From: Balanoglossus misakiensis
Taxonomy: Eukaryota > Animalia > Hemichordata
Assembly: GCA_040954595.2 (NCBI GenBank)
Contig: CM082597.2
Location: 6,597,849 to 6,661,848 of the forward strand
Reading direction: 5' to 3'
Length of the DNA stretch: 64,000 bases
The notes under the pieces are model-generated. The model had not been told where the DNA came from. It saw only the letters and a list, made by a program, of their open reading frames with translations, and ran no database searches. Both the position numbers and the translations under genes were made by a program. Of the stretch, positions 28,388 through 40,500 are shown in pieces. Within the stretch, counting starts at the first letter, position 1; every line of letters begins with the position of its first letter.

Positions 28388-31300
28388 GTACGTATGTATC
28401 TATGTCTTAATTAGTAACGTGCAATGTTATTACACAAAAATAGAATTTCAAATTTTGTTGTTGAAAATGAATAAACATTATCAAAGATACGTTCTGGTTT
28501 GAAATTAAATCCTTATTTTTGATTCGCGTCTATGAATAATCCATTGTGTTGTTGTTGCTGTTGTTGTATATCCATTTCTCGCGCAGATGTTGTCAGTTGT
28601 GAAGACATCTCCAGGATTTGTCCCCAAATGCAACACTGCAGCGGGGATGCCGGTGTCATCTCCACAATCGACTACCCTGTACCATACCCTACGACGTTGC
28701 ACTGTTCCTGGGTGTTACTGGCGCCGTCAAATGCGTACATTTCGTTGGACTTCAAAGGTGTTGACGTCGGTAGGAAGGATCCATTTTGCAATACGGATTA
28801 CGTGAAAATCATCAGTGGTTCTGCACACAACGGCACGGTAATGGGCCGCTACTGCAATAGAAATCCACCAACGCCGAACATGAAGTCTGATTTCAACGAA
28901 ATGCTTTTATTGTTTATTTCCGACAACAATGACGATGGTTCAACAGGATTTCTGGCTGAATACTCATTTCATGAAGTATTCCGTCATGATGATTCGTTTA
29001 TTTCTACAGGTACGGGGTTTTCAATGTCTAAACTAATCGCACAAATATTAAAATGTTGATAAAAGAGAGAATATCAATTTTCATAACTCGTAAAAAATTA
29101 AAAACTCATTTTCTTCTCTTGCAAAAGTTACATGTCGTATCATTAATTCTATAGGATACACGTGTCCTGTTAACTGGATAGGGTTTGATAGAAGTTGCTT
29201 TAAGTTATATCAGGCGCCCCATTACATCTCATGCAAGACTGCCGAAATTGATTGCGCCAGAGACCAAGCGACATTGACAAGTATTACATCTCAGGCAGAG
29301 GCACGAGTGGTTCATGGGATAGCTTCCGAACACCCTCGAAAATGGATTTACATAGGTACCGTTATAAAGTCTTGCGACACACATTTTAAGTTCCACTTGC
29401 AGATTGTTTCTACTTTTTTCGTAAGAAAGTTTACAATCACATTGTCCATCTATTTAAAATTGTGTTTTGATTCGCAATATTGACTAAAGATAGCAAACAT
29501 TACATAATCACCATTCGCATCTTCAAGACATCCATGCTACCTTTCAGTAAGATATTGTAAAACTAATAATGTTCACCATTATCACTCTTCTCTTTAACGA
29601 TATGGATTTAATTTTTTACCCTACCAAAAACGGTATATTACTGGGGTTTTTTTTTTTATAATGGCAGGCCTTACAGACATGAAAAGGGAGGGAGTGTACC
29701 GATGGAATGATAACGTGCCATTAACGTATACAGATTGGAACCATGAGAGGTAAGCCTGTGTACGCTAAACCATGGCCATATACATGTAAAAAAAAACAAA
29801 GGGTGATGCATCATAATAGTAAATTTTAGCCATTGCCTTTTTTTCGAAAAGTTTGGTTTGTCATGTGAACAATTATAACAATCATGTCTTGCTGAAAGGG
29901 CCAAATATAATCAAGAAGAACAGAGAAAAGTTAACTTATATAAAGCTATATTCAATATCTTATCAGGAAGGAGTTCCCATTGTTTTCACATCTGTACATA
30001 TCAAATCTGTACATGTGAAGTTGCTACATTTTGTACCTTCAAACTTGAAGTCCGTAAAGGACAGTAAATTTAAGAACTCAATGGTGTTCATACCCCTTGA
30101 CTCAATCCCCTGCTTTGAAATTTATCTGGCTGCTTTGGAGCTAAGCTAACTCATTTTCCACCTAACCATTAGCCATCAACCGAATGGTGGTGTGTACGAG
30201 AACTGCGTTGCAATCTTCCTGGCTAACGTTCACTCAACGGATCACTGGCATGACATATTATGTGATGCACGTTTGACAGACACATTTATTTGCAAACGAG
30301 CAGCAACTGCTGTGGGTAAGTAAATATTGGACTTCATTCAGGGTTTACCACATTACAGAGAACAAGTCTGGATATAACGATATAAGGAATATAACTGGAG
30401 AGGTGTAGAGCTTGCACTAACAGAATTCCTGATCCAAATTCATCAACAATCACGCTGATTTAGTTGTGGTCATCAACTGCCGGTATAGTTCATATACTGT
30501 CTTTTAACATGGAAATGCATTTATGAGAGTAATTATTAAGATTCACGCATGTCTTTCCCAAGGAACGTCTTACATACAGCTGTACTCTTATTTTCGTGTA
30601 TTAGCAGATAACTCGTCAACTATGGTGAATGGTACAATGTTTCCACGGAAGACACGTTAAGTACAATTACACTGACCGAAAATTTATCCAGATTGGCAAA
30701 TAAGATGTCATGAGATTGATTTAATGTTTATTGTTTGACATTGATGAATACAAATATAACGATTTTTCTGTTTTTATAACGACCTCTATATCAAGTGGAA
30801 TGAGACCAAAGCAACATGATATCATCACTGTGTGTTACAGCATAGCTACATTTGAAAATGAAAGAAAACCCATTCGTTGAGTTATAGAGATTGCTTTCTT
30901 GTGGTGAAATTGACGCATTTGTGATTTTTTTTTATTCTTGCAGGAAATGCAACCGCAAACTGTCCTCCCAACCTTTATCAATGCACAAGTGGAGAGTGTA
31001 TTCATCGCAGTGATGTCTGTGATAGCAAAGTTGATTGCTATGACCACAGTGATGAAACAATATGCAGTACGGTTAATTTTCGTTTACCCGGTTTCAATCA
31101 ACACAATAGCAATTCGATCTGTATTGTCTACTTACGAACCTTAGCCATGTTTGGAAATAGGCAAATGCAGAACACAGTGGAAACCCACGAACCCTACAAT
31201 ATAACCACCATAATCGGCAGTGTACATTGTTTCACAAAGATAAATGCAGTTAAACTTTGACACTTAAATCATTCTACAGATTCCATATTAGCCAAAAATA

Positions 31301-31520
31301 TCCACAGAGATACGCACTAGATAGTACTCAAATAAAAGTAATTAAAAAGGGCCCGTTTCCTTTAATAAGACTGACTTGAATATTTTACAGATTTTGAGTC
31401 ATGCAGTGGTTTTCAATGCGGCAGTGGTGAATGTATACCATTTTCGAAATATTGCAATTTTCACCAGGATTGCAGTGATTGGTCTGACGAGATAGAGTGC
31501 GGTAAGCAAATATTTTGGTT

Positions 31521-31552
<32 letters not shown>

Positions 31553-34500
31553 GCCGTTGTCGTTGGTGATTTGTCTGACGAGATACAGTATGGTAAGCAA
31601 ATATTTGTTGTTGTATGTGGTGGTGGTGGTGTAGGAATAGAAGTAGTACTAGTGACAGACTAGTGGGGATTATTTTGTATTCCAATTCCCTTGTAAAACC
31701 ATACTTATTTCTGTGAATAGATTTTCCAACGCATGGAAATGCCTCAGATATTTTTACATGTGCAAATGGACAGGTCATTGACATTGATCAGCGTTGTGAC
31801 GTGGTTGAGGACTGTGTCGATAGGAGTGACGAGGTGGATTGTGCTGATATTGGTATGTTTTTTTACCTGAACCTCAAAGTACACAGTCTATATAGGTAGC
31901 ATGGTATATTTTGCTCGGGTATGACGTATAGGTCAATTTTGTATACATAAGGGTCTGAATTCAAATGTTAGACAATCATTTGTTTCATTTTTGCAATTTC
32001 TCAACCTTATGCGGGAAACACTTGATGTCACCCATACTGGGCCTCAGACACTCGGTATACACACTGTTACAATGACACTTGTCTTGCACCATATCTTTCC
32101 GCAACGCCCACTGGTCAAATATTTGTTCCAATTAATGATACATACTATTTTAAGTGCAACAGGTGTATCCAAACACTTATTAGAGAATACTTCCATATAT
32201 GCGCCGTTTCCCCATGGTTTTCTTACATGTATAATTCCATTATACACGACAGGTATTTGTAACGCCATTGAGTGTTTAGATGGAACATGTCTGCCCAACA
32301 AACTTCGCTGTAATGGATTCACTGAATGTGTTTACTGTGAAAGAGACACTGCTCCTGATGAAATAAGTTGTGGTAGGCGCACATAGGCACACTTTACAAA
32401 CCCTTTTGCTGATATTTTTTGATGCCTACTTACTGTTGTTTCGAGACAATTATTATATTATGCGAGTGATTGCGCTTAATTGTTTTGCTTTGATTCTAAA
32501 TAAGGACTGTAAACAAAATATAGCAAAATAGGAATCTGGGATCAATGGCTGACGTATTGTATTACCGTCGGCAGTTATTCTTGTGTCTCATTTGGGAGAT
32601 AGAATGGAAAATGCCTGTTTTATTTACCAGTTTTATTTACAAGTACAAGTCCTTGAAGGATATAACAGTATATATTGCTACAGGAATGCGAATGAGTAGA
32701 ACTGTCAGAGGATTTATGCGTGAATATTTAAATGCCTTCAAATTCAATACACTTATGACATGGCGTGAAGTTGTGTGAATCCACGTTGCTCATGATAATT
32801 ATGATGTCCATACTACAGAAATCCATTACTTAACAGCTCATTGACAATCCAATGTTTTGCTTACTCTACCCTTTTCTATTGTATGTGTTAGAGACACATA
32901 GTCAATGCAGGAGTGATCAGCTAAGGTGCCATATGGGTATTTGTGTTGATAAGCGATATGAATGCATTAATGACGTCGATCACCTTGGTCACACTGTTGG
33001 CTGCCAAGATGTCAGCCATTTGGAAGGTTGCGGTAAGGTCATTTCTTCTGTTTACGCCAGTGTGCTTGGTTGTAGGTGGCATTATGATGACAGGGTGCTT
33101 ACATAAGCGTATCACGGCACCTGTATTTGCAAAAGAGAGCCCGTGTTATCATCAGCTTTGCTATGTGGCTGGATACATATACTTTCGTGGCCAATGACTA
33201 CTGATATACTGCAATAAACGTTAAGATTATGCCTAATCGTTAGCATAATTTTCAATATAGTATATACGGTAACCACATGTTGAATCTTTGTGAATTTAGA
33301 CGCAGTCAATGAGTAAATTTCAAAGTAGCCATTTTCATTAATGAGCTGATAACCAGCATGCCATTTGTAGACATTCATAGGCAGTAATGAATTTATAAAT
33401 ATACAACTGGTTACTATCACAATTGCTCTTGTATTTTCAGAAAATTTCACATGCCCAATGTTCACGTTCAAGTGTCCAAATGATTACTGTGTACCGCTAC
33501 ATAGGATGTGCGATGGTCGTGCAGATTGTCAGTTCGGTGAAGACGAATTGCAATGTGGTAAGTGCAGGGATCATGCCACAGGTACTGGCCAGGGTTTTTT
33601 CAGGTGGAGGGGTGAAGTCTTAGATGGATACATGGCGAACCAATTGTGCGAACTCATTGCACTGAACAGTTTAAGAATGTAGATTATTGCGTTCTTCAGT
33701 GTGGGAATTAAAGGTATACGGTCACCTCCAATTTACATATCGCCATATATAGTTGAAATGGCGTATTTGAGTGTTCTAAAGAACACTTTATTTTCGCGTG
33801 TGCCACTCACTGAAAATCTGTGATTGGTTAGATCTCAATTTACCATGGTAACTGTGGCTAAATTTGTATAGGTGACCGTATACCTTTAAGCAATAACCCC
33901 CGCCACAGGCGGGTATACACGAGATTTTGGTACAATTCGAGACATATAGCACGAGTTGTAAGGCGAGTGCTATATGGAGCGAATTGTACCAAAATCTCGT
34001 GTATACCCGACTGAGGCGGGGGGTTATTGCTATTATATTATATCAACAATTAATTTTTGTGGCATATCAGTGTAATTTTCTTAACGAAACAGTCAGAAAA
34101 AGACGTTACGAGCATTGAATATGAAGCAGGCGACAAAAAGTGACAAAAGTGCAAAATATTCAGAGTAGAGCAGTTCCAAAATAAAACGTCCGTCAATTTA
34201 AGTGTTTTATGTTATTTATTTGGTTTAAACCCACATGACTTTGGTTTAACCGCACATTTTCCCTGCTGCATGCTAGTTCAGGGGCCTGTTTTACCACTGC
34301 CAGCAGTGGTAAAACAGTATTTTACCATCGCTCTCGTCCAATCAGAATCGCGGACGGTAGCATGATATAATATAATTCTTTTTTGCCATTGGTTATATAT
34401 TCCGGGGAAAACACTGCTTTCTATTGTCATTTAAATGTTACTAATGGACATTTTGAAACATTATCTTGGGATACTTCTTATAACGCTAATTTAGTACTGA

Positions 34501-37500
34501 TGTTATTTTAGAACAACACAGCTGTCCGCCTGGTTCATACAAGTGTGACAATAACCATACGTGTGTCGGCCCTAATAATTTGTGTGATGGTGATTATCAA
34601 TGTCCAGACGGCGATGATGAACTGTACTGTGGTAAGTTAGATACACAGAATATTTTTTCACATTATGTTATTTTTTTTCTTTTAACAAGTTTCAGAATGA
34701 CCCGTCATCACTTTAGCTTATGACCGGCCATCTTGAAATTGTGTCGACCATGTGAGATTTTTTTCTGGGACTTGTACTTAACCCTTTCGATGTGTACTTG
34801 CAAAATAAATTGCAGTCTTCAGTCCCGAATATAGTACCACTTTCTAAATTTCCCGCCAGACTTCCACTGTCCAATCGGATGTTCCTGTACAGGGTATGAT
34901 GTTTCATGTACGCCAACCTCTGCCACTCATCTGTCTACACTTCAACGCGACACGCGCAGCCTGTAAGTTCAACTGTCTTGTTGTGTTATGATGTGCAGCT
35001 TTTGTTACGGCCAAAATTGAGGCGTGTCAATTTTGTGAACGTTTGGAGTTCGATTGCAGGACATTTGGGTTTCTTTGTATTCATTTGTTCGCGACGCGTC
35101 TCACAACGTCTAGTCTAGGTTACCCAGACGCCTTTGCTTCTTCCGATGCTCTCCAGAAACGGGTCTTGGGAAATACCATTGAACGGTTTGTAAAACAAAA
35201 TGGCCGATGTCAAGATTTTGATCATCCGCTGATTGGTTTAGCTGTCAGTATGACCTGGGTCACTGCAACTCGACCAAAATGGATGGAGACCGATTGAACG
35301 CTGCAACTGAAGCGTCTTTGACCTTGTATGATATATCATACAAGTTAAAGGTAGGAATATCAATTGCAGCGTTCAATCGGTCTCCATCGATGGATGTCGC
35401 CGAAGTTTTGCTGGATGTCGTCATTTTGGTCGAGTTGCAGTGACCCGGGTCATACTGACAGCTCAACCAATCAGCGGATGATCAAAATCCTGACATCGGC
35501 CATTTTGTTTTACAAACCGTTCAATGGTATTTCCCCAGACCCTTTTCTGGAGAGCATCGGAAGAAGCAAAGGCGTCTGGGTAACCGAGACTACACAACGT
35601 CAAGCAAAGATTATTTATAGAACAATGCGTCATCATTTTTGAGCATTCCAGATTCACTTCTGAGGTAGTTGTTTATGTAGAGCACTGTTCGCCTGGGTCC
35701 CGGAACATTAATATGTGTCTATTCGATCATTGCCAGGTGGCTTATTTATAGTTTAAAAATAGTATAGGCTGCATGGGAACATCTTTGTTAGAATCGCAGC
35801 CTTTCGCAGATTAACGCAGCTTAACACAGCTCTATCGCAGATTACAGGTATACGGTCACCTATGGAGAATTAGCTATAGTTACCATGGCAAATTGTGATC
35901 TAGCCAATCAAAGATTTTCAGTGGGTGGCACACGCGAAAAAAGAGCGCCACCATATGTTCTTTAGAACACTCAGATACGCCATTTTAGCCATATATGGGC
36001 ATATGTAAATTGGAGGTGACTGTATACCTTAAAAGCACCCTTTCGCAGCTTTACGCAGTTTCAACATAGCTAGTTTTCTATTTATCACAACGTTTTTTGT
36101 TTCTGGCGATCTTGCATACTAAACTGATATGCATGTTCTTTTAAATAGGAATGCCAGCGGTGTACAACATGCAATATCAACGGTGCCGTTTCATGACCTC
36201 AGTTACGTTGGAATTTTGTAAGTAATGACTCCCATGGTGAAAATAAATTAATCGAACATTCACGTCATCTAGCATACGGACGATATCAATGTATTAGCAT
36301 TTTCGATGTTCACATACTAGTCGGTACATTTAAATGTATACGGTCACCTATGCAAATTTAGCTACGGATACCATGGCAAACTGAGATCTAGCCAATCACA
36401 GATCTGAGTAGGTGGCACACGCGAAAAAAAAAGAGCGCCGTCATATGTTTTTTTAGAACACTCAGATACGTGATTTTGCCGTTTATCGATAGGTGTAAAT
36501 TGATGGTGACCGTGTTCCTTTAATATTCTATATTATGAAAATCCCATCCCCCAAAAGTATACGTAACTGCAGAACATTAAAATAACTATAATTTATTCTC
36601 AAAGGGATTTTGCTTGGTGCAAGATAGCCGAATTACCTACAGGCATGTTCCTACGGCAGAGAAACCTATTGAGACTGTAAGTCTTGTTTGTCAAGTTTAA
36701 AGGGGAGGGTCGTCAGAACTGCACATGCGCGACTTTTCTGTTTATAAACACGCCAAAGGCATTGTTTCCACTGTTCAGGGTGATCCTGGCAATCAATACA
36801 TGTTATATCCAATTAACTTGGAAATGTTATAAAAAGGTAGCAAAGCATTAATTAAATAATAACACATGATGGCGAAGGCAATATCACGATTTGAAGACTG
36901 AATATTGATTGTGCCTGAGCCGCAGACGAGGGTATCATCAATATTATGGTCAAAGAGCACCAGCCCGAGGGCAGGCTTCAAATCGTGTTGTAACACACCT
37001 TATACGCAGACTGTGTTCTCATCCATCAATTGATAGTCACGTAGTCTTTTTGTGCTGTTGCCCGCCATGCATCAGTTCTGAAAAATGATGCCCGCTCATT
37101 TTGTGTATGTTTAGACTTTTTATGCATGGCTGCTGATGAGTTACGGGCAACAGCATACGTCTTTCACCCCTCTGGACTCTGAGTCACCCCAAAACAGACT
37201 GTTTCACTCAGCCTTCATCCTCTGGAAACAGTCTGTTTTGCGAGGTGACACCACAATCCCTTGGGTTACAGACGTATGCTGTTGCCCTCAGTGGCCAGTC
37301 AATATGTGTATAATGTTGCCCGAGCATTATGTGTTATTAATTTTATTACACCGAACATTTGAACATATATACGACATAGAAGAAAGTCGTACGTTGCAGT
37401 GAACTAAAATGTCGTGATCTCCCTAAAACTGTGGGTCTGTATACCTACTTCGAAGTAATATAATTTTGAGGATACTGCACTGTTGGTTGCGATCTTGGTG

Positions 37501-40500
37501 TATTTACTGTCCGTTTGCAGTAAAATATCGTCCAGTTGAACAGGTGTTAAGCTTGTGTGTCGCTTTGAAGCCATAGATGCGGGAGTTGACTGATCGTGGA
37601 GGAAGCCATTGAACGACAGTTTGTTACGCGCAAAAGTCGTGCGCAGAACACCAAAACAAACCAGAGAACGATCATGGTACCAATCTGTGCACAACTAAAT
37701 GTCCGGTGTCACTAAAATCGAAAATATCCTACGTAAAAGATTCAAAGAAAGTGATCGTCCAGACGCTGCGAACGTGTGTACTCGAGGCGAGTCGGAAGTC
37801 AAATGAACGGCTACTCACGTTGGAACCCCCATGATGCTTTGCGTTTGACCCACACCACCTTTATTTAACTATAACACTGCGTGCCATGTTTACTCCAGCG
37901 CTAATGTTGTGGTTTGGAATTCTTCACAGGTATTTGCCGAATAATGTCATAGAAACACTTGGAGATAAAGTATTCAATGGCCTTACTCGTCTTCAGCTCC
38001 TGTAAGTGTAAACCAATGATCAATTTAATATCCTTAACCATTAATAATCACAATGAGTAAGACCTGAACATGTGCGGGCTTATTTGACACGAACACTTGT
38101 TGTCTTTTACCTCCAGTGACATACGAAACAACAGAATAAAGTTCTTCACAAAGAATGTTTTCAAGACACTTTCAAATCTCAGAATTTTGTAAGTACCTGA
38201 TATAGACTACCTTTTTGCATCTTCATGATTGTGGTTATATGTCTCATATGTACAATGCCGTGTGATTGGTCAAATTATTGGAACACGATATGCAACATGT
38301 GCATGTAGGGGTCATGTTTGAGGTCATAAATAGCCCTAGCCAATCAGGACCGAGGTTTTCCTTCAGCAGCCATCTTGAAGATTGTCTGCACCCCGGGTCT
38401 GCTGACAGGGATAGGGTGCTCGGAGACTTCACCCTGGAAAAGAGAGCCTGTGGAATTTTCTGGAGGAGAAACATCAGCTTCTTACTGGATTAAATTATTT
38501 CTGACCTCGGCGATTGTTAGCAGCCACAGACGCTATTGTACCAGCGCAAGTGTAGGGCCCAAAGCAGAGACTTTGGCTCACCGAGACTAGGCCTATCTGA
38601 GAACAGAACAGAAAAGACTGAGTTTTATGTGTCAACGTCAGAGTCTATTGATTTATATTCTGTTTATCTACCGTAAACATTGCTTGACATTAAACGTGTA
38701 GTAGACTGAAGCGTGCAAGTACTAACATGCATGACATCTCGTTTGATATCTAGACATGGTGATGTGTACGCACTGTGCTGTATTGCCGAAGGTGACGTTG
38801 GTAGCTTAGCAGAATGCCTACCTGAAAAATCCGCCTTGTCATCCTGTGAAGACCTGTTGCATAGCTGGCCTCCCAGAATCATTGCCTGGGTCGTCGGGTT
38901 AACGGCGTTCAGTTTAAATCTTCGACGTGTTGTACTGAGAATGAAAGATGGAAATCTGCGATCAATGAAGGCTGACACGCTATTCATCCTCGTTTTGTCT
39001 ATCACGGATTTCCTCATGGGGGTTTATTTGATCATTGTCGCCAGCGCTGATGCATTTTACTTACACGACTACATAACTCATGATGACATCTGGCGACAGA
39101 GTGTGTTCTGCACTATCATCGGTATTTTGGCAACCCTGTCGAGACAGACATCTATTTTCGTAGTGGCGGCCATGACAGTTCTTCGCTGCGTCACCATTTC
39201 ATTTCCGATGAAGCTGGTTCGCTTCACGCTTAAACATTCTATCATACTTGTTACAGTTGGTGTTTCTTGTAACTTGCTCTTCATTCTGTTGCCGTTCCTC
39301 CCAGTCGATTATTTCGAGGGGCCTTTCTATGGCCAAATTAGTGTCTGCCTGCCTGTGTTTATCAGCCATGATCGTCACGTGGGGTGGGAGTTTTCTTTCG
39401 CACTGTTTTCTGTCCTGAACTTGTTTTATGTTGTCCTGATCACGTGTTGTTACTACGTCATTGTCAGGCGATCTCAACGTCGCCCCGACATGGCAGGCAC
39501 ATTAAACAGAAAGCAACATAACACTTACAAGTTGGTCACTAAAGTTATCATGATTGTCAGCACAAACATGTTGTCATGGATACCCATCATTGTCATGAGT
39601 TTTGTCGGTCTGGCTGGGGTGCAGATACCAAATGCAGTTTATCCGTGGATAGCAGTTGTCGTGTTGCCTTTAACTTCTGTCACAAACCCTTTACTCTATC
39701 CATTGGTTGTTGGCCGGGTAAATCCATTTGAGAAAAATTGTGAAGAAACAAAGGAAGAACTAGGCAAGCTGCATTTTCTTCTCAGTTTGATTTTTGATTT
39801 CGTACTGTCATGCTTCTACTAATTAAAAATTACAAACAATTCAGATGGTGCCATGTTACCGTTGAAAGCCCATATTGTTGATTCGGTGACAGTCAAATCA
39901 AGCAAAACACCATTGGAACTATTTGGGGATAATTGCATGGTAATAACTCTGTACAACTGTCAGCACAGTACATGTAGCCTACACACTCGACATATTATCA
40001 TTTTGTTTTGTTTTGGTGAAACAATGACAGAAATACCACATTCTCCCCATGTACAACGAATACTAATCGTTTTGTACGCATTTTATTGATATGCAATTAT
40101 CCCAAAATAGTTCCAATCGTGTTGTAATTAAAACGGTGTTTATGTCATTCGGCAGACGTGACTCTATGTGTGCTTTGGTTCATGGTTCCGAAGTAAATGT
40201 AATCTTTACATGAACGCCCCTTTTACACCCTAGCATATATTGATCTTACAAAGTTGGGACTAACATTTCTAATCTCACCATGTTTCACTTTAAGGACATT
40301 CTTTCAAAGAAGTACAGAAGAACTTCTTGAGACGCACGAGGATTTTGTGGTCTGGCATCGACACACACTCCCGCGGCGGTTCCCACAAAGGGGGACTTTT
40401 GGCAGAAAGGAAGCCTTTGGAGGCTACAGACCGAGATGTGATTATCGAGGACATCACTCGAGCTGCAAATGCCATCCACAACTCAGGCCTACTGCATGGA

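Noticed and set aside
30605-30654. Possible short linker exon between the CTLD and LDLa1
   Set aside because: Splice signals are weak and it is not needed for frame; left out of the model pending cDNA.
32659-32720. Possible small exon between LDLa4 and LDLa5
   Set aside because: In-frame TAG; the flanking exons join without it.
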